A DNA stretch of 64,000 nucleotides from Eutreptiella sp. 'Long Island Sound 2002' (lineage: Eukaryota > Protista > Euglenida), in assembly GCA_964036045.1 (NCBI GenBank), contig OZ038378.1, positions 13,950,001 to 14,014,000 of the forward strand, written 5' to 3'. Under the pieces are notes generated by a model. The model made no database searches. It saw nothing but the letters and a program-made list of their open reading frames with translations, and was not told where the DNA came from. Position numbers and translations under genes: made by a program. Positions 1 through 12,227 of this stretch are shown piece after piece (the stretch's first letter is position 1; every line of letters begins with the position of its first letter).

Positions 1-259
1 GCGAGAGCGGCCAGTACTCCGCACAGCCCACCAACAATGACCCCCAAGAGGCTCCCAATGCCTCGAAGAGGGGCGGCACCGAAGTGGCTCCCGCTCATGG
101 GACGGGTAGCTCCCCAAAGTCCGCCGGATTGCAAGCGGCGCACACTGGAAGGTGCGTCTGTGCAGGAAAGAGGGTAAAAGGCTTGGGCTGAGGCAGGGCG
201 GTCTGAAACAGCAACAGCGGAAAAAAAATCTGGCGTCTGTAACATGGAGCCCAGCAGTT

Positions 260-385
260 GGACAGCCACCGACGGCGATTGGCAGATAACCGACGGCCGT
301 TGGAGTGGAACGGACTGCGGTTGGAGGGAGACCGATGGTGGTGAGAGGATGAGCGATGGCCGTTGGCACGGAACAGGGCGGTCTT
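260..385. repeat. Degenerate ~21-bp minisatellite (accgacggc(g/c)gttgg-like units)
   Basis: Recurring accgacggcgattgg / accgacggccgttgg / actgcggttgg / gatggccgttgg units at roughly 20-bp spacing. Confidence 0.5.
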
Positions 386-1769
386 GGGGCATTAGCAAAA
401 TGCAAGAAAACAACTGACGGGCCTTGGGCTGCGTGGGAGGGAGCAGTATTCATGCGCGCCAGACCTGTGCAGGCACCCTCATCATGCAAGTGCGATTGCT
501 GCTGTTTGCCAAGTGTGCCTATTGGCTCCAGCCCACATGTCACCCCCAACCCCATGAACACTCATCAGGGCGGCCCTGCCCCAAGGCTGCCCTCTGGCCG
601 GCGTGACTCGGTGCACCAACGCATAAGGGCAGTGGTTGCCCTTCTGTGTGCCTGTGTCCTTCTTACGTGTCCTTCTCACGGCCTCACACCGGCGCCAAGC
701 AGCGCGCGCATAGCGCCTGGTAGTGCCCCGCCATCTCCCGCCAGGTGCAGAAGTAGGGTCATGCTGTGTGTCCCCTGCACTTGTACCCGCCAGAGGGACC
801 AGCACCGTGCAAAACCACGTGAGGCCTCCCTCCAGCCGCATGCCGGACAGGAGCAGCGGCGGCAGCTTGGGGGCCGCTGCCGAGACCTGCCCGCTGGTCA
901 TCACCCAGCGCTTGCCTGCTGGCGCTGGCGTTGCCGGCTGTGACTCCAGAGGTGCCCACATGTCCATGCAGGGGGCATTGGGGGCACAGGGCAAACCAAC
1001 AGCACCGAAGCAGCGAAGACCTGACGTGAACGATGGGTCATCACTGAATATTCCAGACCGTAAGGGAAAGAGGGTGGGGTCCCTGGAGCTCAATCTTGAA
1101 GACTTGGAGGTCGCAGGGCCCGCAACGGGTCCATGAAGAAGACGGAGGGGGAGGGCTACAGGGCTTGTGCTGTGCAATGCTGATGAGGCCGCAACAGATC
1201 CGACACAGAGTGGCGCAAGGAGCAGCAGGAGCAGGATGAGGCCACCAGCTGGATGTGCACAGGGTATTGCATGCAGGGAAAACCGGGTGCAGCACTGCCT
1301 GGGTCGTGCACTGGTTTGCAAGGGCTCCCAGCTGAGGGCCTGCAGGGAGTCCATGAGGCACTAGCTGGGGTGAAAGACTACGGTTGGGACATGGTATCAA
1401 AATAACCTGCACATGGATAGTGATACGGACCAACATAAGCACTGACAAGAGCCCTGGCAAGCGCAAAGGCAGCAGCGGCAGCAGTAGCAGCAGCAATCAA
1501 TGTCAAGGGGTGGATCCAATAATTGCGAATGATTGCAGGTAGTTTGCAGCAAACTGAGGTTCTGGATCCTTCATCAACAGGCAAGATTCTGTGCCACCAT
1601 GGCTCACTCTCGGTATCTACAAGCGTGATCTCTGTATAGCATCTCGGTAAATTCACAAGCATGCATTTTTTCAGTGGGATTCACAGATGCCTGGCACAAA
1701 TCGTCATCTCATAATTTCAATGAGATGCAACCGCACAGGTGGAACCGGACGCAGCAAACACCATCTGCA

Positions 1770-2590
1770 CTATGTCACTGCATTCCCTAGTCCATGACGC
1801 AGACGTTGGGCGGGCTGGTGCGGCTGGTATACACACAATTGGGATGTTTTGGGTGCACACAAACGACCCACGTCCAAGGGGTTCACCTCCTCTAGGGCAG
1901 TGTCGGCAATGAGGGCCGCAAGGCGGGATTCGTGCTGGCTCCCATCGCCAGGGGGGCTCGCGCCGGGCGGTTCGGGGTCTTCATCTGATGCATCCACCGG
2001 CTGCGAGACGTCAGGGAGGTTGAAGCCGTCAGCGTTTGTGCTCCATGACGTTGGCCATTTGAGTGGCCGTGCCCTGGGAGGCGTCCACGGGAATGTGGGG
2101 GGACTGAGGGGTCCTGTCGGCGTCCGGGGTCCCACCACCCAAGGCGTCCGGGATGGCTTGGGGCCGATCCTCCCGAGGGGGCTCAGGCGCAGCACCAACG
2201 TCGAGGCGGGCCTCGTTTTGGTCCCTTAGGGGACAGGCCGGGGAGTGCACTGGCCACAAGGGTGGGGTCTCCAGAAGCGGCAGACGTCGCACCACGCCAA
2301 GACCGGCTAGTCCGCGGAGCTTTCCGGCGCTGGGGGGGCTGGCGCCCAGGCGCGTTCCGGGGCCTGGGGGGCCGGGGGCCAGCCATCTGTTGGCTGGGGG
2401 CTGGCCACGGGGGCTAGCTGGGCACTAGCGAGCGCAGGATGTTGGCCCGCCTTAGGGGGGTCCACTTCCATAAGGCCCTGGAACAGCTCCGTGCCCGCCG
2501 ACGGCGGGCACTTAGGGGGCCCTGACCCAGGGCCATCCGCTGTTTCTTTCACGGGTTTTGGCTGACCGGGGCCCGGCCCTAGGAGGGGGC
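1770..2590 (-). mobile_element. Possible decayed retroelement ORF1-like remnant
   Basis: GC-rich, Pro-rich broken reading frames on the minus strand with a CDVC...CGQC cluster, abutting a (CCATA)n tail. No catalytic motif was recognised. Confidence 0.2.
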
Positions 2591-2596
2591 CGGGGG

Positions 2597-3071
2597 GGTA
2601 TGGTATGGTATGGTATGGTATGGTATGGTATGGTATGGTATGGTATGGTATGGTATGGTATGGTATGGTATGGTATGGTATGGTATGGTATGGTATGGTA
2701 TGGTATGGTATGGTATGGTATGGTATGGTATGGTATGGTATGGTATGGTATGGTATGGTATGGTATGGTATGGTATGGTATGGTATGGTATGGTATGGTA
2801 TGGTATGGTATGGTATGGTATGGTATGGTATGGTATGGTATGGTATGGTATGGTATGGTATGGTATGGTATGGTATGGTATGGTATGGTATGGTATGGTA
2901 TGGTATGGTATGGTATGGTATGGTATGGTATGGTATGGTATGGTATGGTATGGTATGGTATGGTATGGTATGGTATGGTATGGTATGGTATGGTATGGTA
3001 TGGTATGGTATGGTATGGTATGGTATGGTATGGTATGGTATGGTATGGTATGGTATGGTATGGTATGGTAT
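2597..3071. repeat. (TATGG)n / (CCATA)n pentanucleotide array, ~95 units
   Basis: Perfect array read directly from the sequence. It is the source of the MVWYG/IPYHT pseudo-ORFs. Confidence 0.98.
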
Positions 3072-3640
3072 GTTGTTGTTGTTGTTGAAGGCACCCAGCA
3101 CGTGCCGGCGGGAGAAATTGCCAGACACGCTCTCCCTGGGCAGGGCGCAAGGGAGCAGTCGGCCGGCGTCACGCTGGCCGGGCGTGTGCCGACGACGACC
3201 GAGGGGGGGGGGGGGGGGGCGCCGTGGTGTGGGGGGGGGGGGGGGGGCGCGTGTGGAGGAGGGTGGGGCCACCTGAGGACGTCACCCTATGGTATGGTAT
3301 GGTATGGTATGGTATGGTATGGTATGGTATGGTATGGTATGGTATGGTATGGTATGGTATGGTATGGTATGGTATGGTATGGTATGGTATGGTATGGTAT
3401 GGTATGGTATGGTATGGTATGGTATGTTGTTGTTGTTGTCGTCGTTGTTGTTGTTGTTGTTGTTTTGGCGCTTAGCACGTGCTGGCGGGAAAAAATGCCA
3501 GGCACGCTCTCCCTGGGCAGAGCGCAAGGGAGCAATCAGCCGGCGCTACGTTGGCCGGGCGGGCGCCGACGACGACCGTGGAGGGGGGGGAGGGGATGCC
3601 GCTCTCCGGTGGGGCAGGGGGCGGGCCGTGAAGCAACGGA
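3072..3640 (-). repeat. Two tandem copies of a ~210-bp SINE/LINE-tail-like unit, each ending in (AAC)n(ATACC)n on the minus strand
   Basis: 3072-3287 and 3427-3640 share cagcacgtg..ggcggga.aaa.tgccag.cacgctctccctgggcag.gcgcaagggagca.tc.gccggcg. Each abuts a (GTT)n run followed by a (TATGG)n array; the second array is 3288-3426. Confidence 0.75.
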
Positions 3641-3777
3641 TACTTAGCTACCATATGACCCCCGTGACACAGGCCATACGGTCATCGCTCTTCCAAGTCC
3701 AGTGCTGAATGTTGCCTTGAGTTCGCCCAGCTGGGCTATCGAAAATTATCAAACAGGCCAGAAGCAATGCATCGACT

Positions 3778-6700
3778 TCATCGCTTCGGGGACCTCTCAA
3801 GCAAGCACGCGCTACTATCACTATCCTCACTGTCCATTGATTCTTCAGTTTCGTTGCCCCCCCCTTCTGATCCCTCTGACTCCCCACTGTCCACCGCCTC
3901 CCAGTCCTCTGGGGGGTCCTCATCATAGTCTTTCATCTCCTCGAGACCCAGCTCCTGCCACACCTCAGCTGCTTCCCGAGCCTCCAGGACCCTAGACAAT
4001 GACAGTGACGCCCCTGACTGTGCACACCGATCTGCCTGCTCATTCCCTTCCACACCCGCATGCGACGGCACCCATTGCACAGACACGCTGTCCCCTAACA
4101 ACTGCCAGCTGCGCCACAGTCGCACCCACAGGTCTTGGTGCGCCAGTGCACCCTGCGACCCCACCCACCCATGCCTCTCCCACTTGGCGCATTTCCCCTG
4201 CAGTCCCGCATGCACTGTTTCTGAGTCTGTAACAACATGCAGTTTAACGCCCGGCGTCTTGCCTTCCACTGCTGCCAGCACCCCATAGAGTTCAGCCCTG
4301 CCAATGGACTGCTTTTCATGTGGGGGAACGGCCTGACGCTTATTCCGCGGATCCGCAGGTGCATACCACACTCCATAGCCTGCATGTGCCACCCCCCCCC
4401 CCGTGTCTTGCTTGGACCCATCGGTGTAACAAATCTCATATCCCTGTTCTAACTTGTCGTCAATGACTCGCTGCATTTCTGGGAGCAGCGCTGCCCATCG
4501 GATCCATTTTGGCAGTTGCCGCTGCCGTTTGGGGAGTACCGCCCCCCACGGTGCTAACACCCCACCCTGGAACATTGGCTTGCCTACCAAGAAATTATGC
4601 AGCTCTCTATGCACATGCAGCGCCTCCTGCCTACAGAGTGAGGTTTCTTCAGCCGTGGCCCACCACATGAGCACAGAAGCCCAGCAGGACACGAAACCAC
4701 TGAGATCCGGTGATTGTTCTCTAAAGACAGCATCACATCGCAGCCGCCAGGAGACAAGAGACGCCGACCACATTACCAGGCCTTGTGTGGACCGCAGCGC
4801 CAGTGTCGGCTGTGTCAGCAACATGTCCTGCATCCCCACTTGCTGCCCCGTAGCGTCCCAAACTGGTCCAAAGGCCTTGAGCACCACATCCGCTGCAAAT
4901 CCCATAAACTTGCAATACGCAACAGCATGTTTGGTGGTCTCGAGAACATTGCAGAGCACACATTTGGGCCTATGGTAAACATGCTGGGTGCGTGCACCCA
5001 CCGATAGTTTTGCCCACAGAGCATGTCGCATGTAGTCTTTGGCTCTACCCGGGAGACGCACTGACGCCAACATTGTCCATACTTCTGGTGACTGCCGTTC
5101 CGGCGGCGCTCCCGGAGGTTTGGCAAACTGTAAGAAAGCTCCCGCCGCCATATTTCTCCACACGGGTGCCAGTTCCTGAACATGCTGCTTGTGCAACCAC
5201 TCCATTTGGCGCTCATAGATGCCCTCCCAGCTGGGAGCCAGAACCAATTTATTGCAGCACTGTGCATCATGCAACGTTAGCACACCCCTGCGAACCATCG
5301 CTGGAGCATAGTACGTATGCAACTTGGAATTGCGGAACAGAACATTGTGCCATATGGGCATTGTGAGGGGTCTCCCGATGATCACAGGCGTCGGCGCACC
5401 CTGCCGAATTTTTGAGAAGCATTTACAAGACCGTTGCAGGAGCGAATGAGCTCCACGCACCACTGCCAGCTGACAGTACGGTAAGAATTCTGGAGCTAAT
5501 GACAGTCCAATTTCTCTGGCCCACACCTCACAACTGTCGGCCCACGGCCCCCTGTAGCGCCGCCTGCATGTCACAAATGAGATCCAGAGCTGTGCAAACA
5601 GAAATTGAGCATAGATCGTCAACGGCTGAGTCTTCAGTCCCCCTTCCGGGACATCTGCCGCCACCACTCCCGGTGCCAGACCCCACGACGTTATCCCCAG
5701 CGCCATCCTAAAGATCATAGTCATTGTGGATAGCACGCTCTGATTCGGCTCATATACCCGCGCTGTGAGTGTTACAACGGGCTGTACCCATATCTTGTAC
5801 AGCTCCGCCTTCTCGATCTGGTCCAACGGGAGTGTTCTTAGAAACATGGCCCTTGCCTTCATTTTTGCTAGCGCTGGTGCGTAAGCCTGTTCACTACTGA
5901 CATGCCCCAGCTGTACTCCCAAATAACGCTGCCGGGGCACCACCTGCACCCCTGCCACATGAGTGGGTACGGCTTCGTTGGGCGATTTAATCAATGCATA
6001 AGTTTTTTTTGTAGTTGATGTGCAATCCAGAGTAGTACCCAAACAACGCCAGAGCTGCTATCACTTTTCTCGCCACTCGTTCTCGCTTTCTACCCTTACC
6101 ACTGAATGAGACTAGCAGGTCGTCTGCATAGAGCAGCAGTTCCGCCTCAGGACAGTCGCGGTCCATCAGGAAGATCAAGAAGACGGTTAGCAGAGCAAAG
6201 ATTGCTGGTGACAATGGGTCACCCTGTCTAATGCCTGAGCCCGGGATCATTGAGACATCTGTCACATACCCCGAGTCAATGCAGAACATCACTGCACCCC
6301 GTAACGCTGACACCAACAGCCGGACATATGGCTCCGGCACGGAAAAGAATCGCAGCGCCGCTGTGAAAAAAGCATGTTGCACGCTGTCGTACGCTTTGGC
6401 GAAGTCTACCAGGAAGAGATTGACACTGTCAGACGTTTCCCAGATCAGCCGTGCCCGCTCAATGTGATCCAACATGCGCCTACCCTTTAAGAACCCCTTC
6501 TGCGTCATCGGAATCAATATTTGGAGCGCGTCTTGTATTTGAATCAGCACCACAGTTGCCAACCACTTGAACACTACATTCTGAAGCGCAATGGGCCGCA
6601 TGTCCGACAGCATATCCGCCATGGGCGTTTTTGGGATGTTCCTCTGTAAGGATACTACCCAGGCCGGTGGGCAACCCCCTGCTCGCAGACACTCTTGGAC

Positions 6701-8312
6701 AGCCCAGAGCATCGGTTTCACGCAATCCTCTGCCAGAGCCCGAAACACCTCCGTCGGCAACCCATCGGCTCCCGGCGAAGTGCCCCCCCTCATTTTCTCT
6801 AGTGCCACCAGCACTGTGGATTCGGTCAGCGGCTGCATTAGCGCAGGCAGCGCCTTGCGCAACCTGATCGGCACCGGTAACGAGTTCATCCACTCAGTAC
6901 ACTGCTCTTCGGTGACACCCGAGGCTTTCATAACTCCCCCCCAAAACCCTTTAAAGGCTTTTGCAATGGCAGTGGGTTCTGTAACATGGGCCCCTCGTGA
7001 ATCCTTAATTGAGGACATGCTTTTCCTGACCTGCAGCTCGCGCATCAGCTTCAGTACACGACGCCGCCTGTCTTGTTTCCTCCGATGGCTTTCACCTTTG
7101 GTCAGCAACTCATGCTGCAGGGTCCGAGTCATGGAATGTTTCCACTCGTAGTCCGCTTCATCTTGCCACAACGTTGTCACCAAAGAGTAGGCCTGCCGAG
7201 TCGTTTCTGGCAGCAGTCCCCGTTCCTGCAGCAATTCCCATCCTTCCGGAGGGACCGACACCGGCGTGGCCCTGCGCAATATCGCCCCCAGACTGGTACT
7301 TGTCCTCTTGGGGTTATTCCTTCTCCACGTAATGCCCTCCTCTTGCAGCAAAGCAATGATCTGTTCCCACCACTGCATGGCAGTATGCGGGTTCCTTAGT
7401 TGCTCAAGTTCTTGCACCCGCCGCTTCATCCCCTCCACCGCCGCTGCATCATCCAGCATTTCAACGGGGAACCTGAACCGCGGGGCCACCCGCTGCACCC
7501 GCGATCTTCCCAATTGACACACCACTGTTTTATGATCGGACCGTGGTGCCACTGATGTGTACGCGCCCATCATCAGCCCCCCTGAGGCACTCTGAGACAT
7601 GAATTCTGTCCAGCCGTCGCGGTCGCCAGCGAGTATCTTGTCGTCGCTTCCAGTCATATGTATACCCCGCCGGCCTATCTTCGCGCTCTCCCTGTAAGAC
7701 ATCCCAGACGTCATACATGCTTGAAGCCGACAGGCACTGTGCCTCCAGCGCCCGTGCCTGTCTATTGTACTTGGCTTTCAACTTACTCTCCTTTACCCCC
7801 GAGTTGTCCGATTCGGGGACCATGTACGAATTGTGATCACACAACATGATTACAGGACCGTCCTTCCCTTTCAGGGCCGCCTCCACACGTTCCCACTGGC
7901 GTTGACGCTCCGGCGCGTCATGGTGAAAGTGTCCTGCCACCACAACGACTCTCGTGGTCGTGAGGTGCTCCGGCTCTGCAATCACCACCCTATGTCCGAT
8001 GTATACTTGCGAAATGGCCTTCCAATACAGCAGTGACCAAATTAACATGACTCCCCCCCTATAGCCCTGGGGGGTAGGGACAGCAGTAACTCCATAGCCC
8101 TGTTTTTCAAGCCAGAACCGCTGTGATTCCAGCTCCGGGGCTGTGGTTATGTGGTGCTCTTGCACCGCACAAATGTGTACTCCTTGCTCCTTCAACATGC
8201 GGACGAGCAATCGTCTGCGTGGATCTTTACAGTCGGGTGGTCGCGTAGTCCATCCGTTGACGTTGGATGTGGCCACCGCAGTGTGGTCCACCAGCCATTG
8301 ACCCGCCATCAT
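3778..8312 (-). CDS. ORF2 of an L1/Tx1-like non-LTR retrotransposon: APE endonuclease, RT, Zn finger, RNase H (~1510 aa, split by two +1 homopolymer frameshifts)
   Basis: APE motifs SNVNG, VQEHH, CDHN, RLDRIHV, SDHKTV. RT motifs SPGADG, MRPIAL, QKGF..GR, VDFAKAYDSV, GIRQGDPLSP, YADD. Zn finger CVLC..ETTKHAVAYC. RNase H YTDGS..AELYGV..TDS..WVPSHAGVEGNEQAD. Frames switch at a G6 run (~7577-7582) and an A8 run (6003-6010). Confidence 0.95.
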
Positions 8313-8334
8313 CGCTTCCTCTTGTTAAATTTGA

Positions 8335-9860
8335 TCACTTCACACTCCATGGGCGTCGTAGCCAGAGCTGCGGAGGCAGACCCTTGCGACCTACTGTGCG
8401 CCTCACCCCGCTTGGGGCCTCCTGCTTTCGCTCGCCGGCTGGCATACTCCACGCTTGATATGTGGGGCAGGGGGCGGGGGGGGGCGTGTCACTAAGGGAG
8501 GGACCACCTGTTTGAGTGACCTTGGTACCCTCCCCCCCTGCGGGGACATAGCGCACGTCCCTATGCGAGAAGGTGGCGGGCAAGGGGCAGAGGGGGCCGG
8601 GGGGACCTTGCAGTGTGGAACGCACGCCCGGGTCCATGGTCAATCCGTGCCTTGCCCGAACTTCCAGCCGAGGTGGTTGTTCCTCATGAGCTGTTGTGTC
8701 GCGGTGGTGGGCGCTAGCCCGTGCGTCTAGCCATCGGCGGGCGCCGGGGGGGGGAGGGGGGGGTCTGTACCCGTCTCCTTTGTTCGTTGCTAGTCACCGC
8801 TGAGTGCTTGGTGTGTGGCCGCCCCGCGCCCGGTGGTGTGGGCTCTGACGTGTGCTCCTATGTGGGGGTGGGGGCACAGGGCCAGGAGCACACATAGCGG
8901 GAGCACAAGGGCACTGGGAATATTGTATCCGCACTGTTGTCCCCATGTTGCCCCCTAGGTCCCTGTGTGGGCACGGGTCATCGCTCGCACCTCACCATGG
9001 AGGGACAACATCCACCTTCATGTGCACTCCTTGAGGGGCTGCATTTGCCCTAGGTGGAGGCATGGTGGGCCCAACTTCCTCCGAAGAGCCCTCCGCCACC
9101 ACGGGCATGGGTGGCGCGGGCTCTACAAGGACCAACACATCCCGATCCATGGCATGTCCCAGGCTGCCGCCAAGTCCGGCCTCGATCAGTGCACCACGCT
9201 TAGCAGAATCCAACACTGCTACACGTGGGACGTTGTCATGACCATCCCCTAAGCCGGCCCTCGCCGTTCTATGTCCGAGCCACCTGCAACTCCCTCTGCT
9301 AGCCATTGCTGCCCCACGGCGGCCATGCCAATCACTTCAGCCGCTACTGCTGCATGGGGTGCCACCACACCCCACATTTCCCTTCGGAGTGGAGGAAGGT
9401 GCGGCGGCAGGTGATGCTAAAAATGGGTAGGGTGATGCATGTGGTGGTGCAAGTGGGGCACGCGCAGCTGCAGAGGAAATGGAGGCATGTGAGGGCCAAA
9501 TTGGATGTGACGAGGGCGATGATAATGGAACTTGGCTATAGAAGTTGGACCGGCGGCTGCCAAGGTGCATATCCCGCTGGCTTTACCGACATGGGCTCCT
9601 CTAGCGGGTAGTGGACCTCGAAATCGTGAAGGAGCCACCGCAACACATGTTCCCCGAAGGGGACCACACCAGTGGCAAAATGTTCCTAGATCCTGGGATT
9701 GGCCGGTGGTGGTGGGTCGCGCTCAAGTGCATCCTGTGGGGCATTATCCTCAAAGTGGATCTAGCCTGCGTCTCATGCAAGGTAGGCCTCCTCCATATGC
9801 TCACGGGATTGGGCATCGGAGGGCGGTTGTGCTCTCGCCATGAGGCCGGCCACGGCATTG
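8335..9860 (-). pseudogene. Decayed ORF1 region of the L1/Tx1-like element
   Basis: Track ORFs 9601-9858, 9337-9570, 8992-9306 and 8335-8643 all lie in one frame, are separated by stops and end 23 nt before the ORF2 start. No diagnostic motif. Confidence 0.4.
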
Positions 9861-9884
9861 TGCAAGCGGCGGGCGCCTCCCGAA

Positions 9885-10345
9885 CCTGTTGGTGGAGAAA
9901 TCAACCTAGAAAGGAGTGGATGTGGTGGAAATGAGTACAAAATGTGTGAAAAAGGGTGGAAATGGGTGAAACTGGGTGAAAATGCCATATCCCCAATGTG
10001 GAAGAAGCATCAAAACCTGCTGTCAAACAACAACGATGCCCAAAGTATCACAAAATATAGGTTTCTAGTACGACCACACACCCAAATAGTCGCATTGCAC
10101 GCGCACTGCGCTTGAGGCCCCCCCGTAGACCCAAACGGCTTAGTGGAGGCCAAAGCCCCTTCTTTTCGGGGACGGGTACAGGGAGGGGGGTTGAGAGGAC
10201 TCAGCTCAATCTTGTTGGCTCTGTGCCTTTGGACTTTCAGACAAAGTGCACACAAAGGGTGCCCCTGGACACCGGTGCCCAAGTACACCGTGCACACCTA
10301 GGCGCAAGCACGCGCGCGCACACCTGGGCCTAGTGCACCCTTAGC
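9885..10345. repeat. Dispersed repeat family A (MITE-like), copy 1
   Basis: gaaatcaacctagaaa.gagtggatgtgg...ggaagaagcatcaaaacct...cccaaatag.tgca.tgc recurs at ~26940-27340, ~33895-34130 and partially at 17040-17140. Three copies end in gtgcaccc. Confidence 0.8.
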
Positions 10346-11721
10346 TGTGTATACTGTTGCAACAGGAAATGAGGGAATTCTAAAGAGCCCAGCTTGTGGC
10401 CTTTTTGTTTGCAGGTGCCCCCCTTGCCAGCCTGCAACCTGTGTAAAGGGAGAGAGCCTGACCTAGCTGTTAGAGGCTTATGGCAGGTGTAGTGTGGCGC
10501 CAGCTTCTGACAAATGAAACCCACAATTCTGCTTTTCATATGACAAGGCAAGGCAATGCAAGATGCACCACACTGTGCTGCAACTTGATCGGGTGAACAA
10601 TGGCAAAAGCCACTGACCGTGTGCTGAACGTAAAATGCAGATAGCAACGTTTTACGGACTCTTTTAATGACAACGTTGTAGCAAGCGCTTTGCTGCAGTG
10701 CCAACACTTGAAACCTCAATTATATATTGCAACACTTGGCCACAAACCATGGGCACACTGGGCTGGGCACAGGCAGGTCATGGTTTGGAGCATGCTCTTC
10801 ATCTGCCAGCAATCGGAGTCCTTCAGCTTTGGTGCATCTGCCCATCAGGGTCATGGGTGTCACAATCCTTTGCATTTGCACAAAAGACCAAATGTGAACG
10901 ACCAGCAGTGAAATGCAGGCGAAGAGGCCACGAAATCTGAGGAGGGGGCCCCTAAAGTGGAGTGCGACCAACAGCAGCATGTGCTTGCAAGCTTTCCAGC
11001 GCACGTGCTTGCCATGGAGCACAATTCATCTTGGCAGCAGGGTCAGCCTGCGTACATCCAATGGATAGAAGCAGCGGACAATCTACTGCCATGGGGTCGG
11101 CTCCTCATCTACCAGCACTTTTTCACCTTGCATATCACCTGAAGGGCATAGGTATGCAGACTTGCTGCAGAAACAAAAAAAAAGTCTTGTAGATAGTGTG
11201 CCCATCCGTACCGCCTCCCATGCCATGTCTCCTGCGATGCTGCCGCCAACAGGCCCAAACATCCGATGCGGAGGTGGGAGGGAAAAGACCTTCAAAGGAA
11301 CGACAAGAAGAAAATTGAATCACAAGAGAGCCTGACGCCGAGGGCAACATGTGTTGTGGTCATGCAGCACTGTGGTCGTTCTCAATCTGCCGCACATCTC
11401 AATCAGGAAAATAGAGCAACAGAGGGCTGAGAACCAGCGATGGGACAGGCTGGAGATGTACGGGCTGGAGGCACCAGGCAGCGGTCGGCATCATGTGCCA
11501 CACAGCTTTCTGGCTTTCAGACATGGACTGCAACAGTCCAACACCAGGATATGGAGCTCTCTATTTCATGCAGGCTGGCAGGTTGCCGTAACTGCCATCG
11601 ACTCGATATCAAGGGAAGCATCCTGCAGACAATCCACCCCAAGACATATGTATTGCTAGGGTATTGCTCAATGTCATGATAATATGTATGTACAAATGCC
11701 GCCTGATGCGAAGTATGGTGG

Positions 11722-11765
11722 AGACTGACACACTAACACACACACATACACATACACATACACAT
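11722..11765. repeat. (CA)n-type microsatellite
   Basis: cacactaacacacacacatacacatacacatacaca. Confidence 0.8.
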
Positions 11766-12227
11766 CGCGGCGCAAAAGCATATTCAGAGCGTGGAGGCAG
11801 GGTAATTGGAACCCACCCCTGCATTGCTCCGTCCCTGGGCATCATAGCACAAAGAACAACTACGTCCTGGTCCAGGAAGAGCTACTGCACCAAATAAGCA
11901 GCCCTCGCCAAGACCCATAGTGCTTGATGACCCATGGGCATATGCTTGCACAGGGGCCAGCATGGCCCTGCAGGGCCTTTTGGAGCACACCGTACCCAAA
12001 CAGAAGCACTCATATTGCGCATATACAATATCACATATCCATGTGACAAACTCTATGAAACCCATCACCCCTGCAGCTTACGTTCAGCCATCTTTGAAGT
12101 CTTCAGTCCTGCCGTGCACGAGGCATCTAGCTGGGCACTGCGAAATGTTGGCATGACTCGGGCAGTCTCGGATAGACTTCCAACTCTGCTACTCTCGGAT
12201 GGTCTCGGCTGGTCCCGGCCAGTTATG

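Larger units (their letters stand above)
3660..9880 (-). mobile_element. L1/Tx1-like LINE with C-terminal RNase H (approximate extent)
   Basis: ORF1-like region plus ORF2, bounded by dispersed repeats on both sides. No TSD was identified. Confidence 0.85.

Noticed and set aside
2307-3708. Long MVWYG / IPYHT repeat ORFs
   Set aside because: These are translations of the (TATGG)n microsatellite, which has no stops in most frames.
6000-6012. A AAA AAC slippery heptamer as a programmed -1 frameshift
   Set aside because: The downstream RT frame needs a +1 shift; a -1 slip reaches a stop within a few codons.
10330-10719. SWIM-like zinc finger (GFCHC...CGASC)
   Set aside because: It lacks the CxH ending, and no transposase context was recognised.
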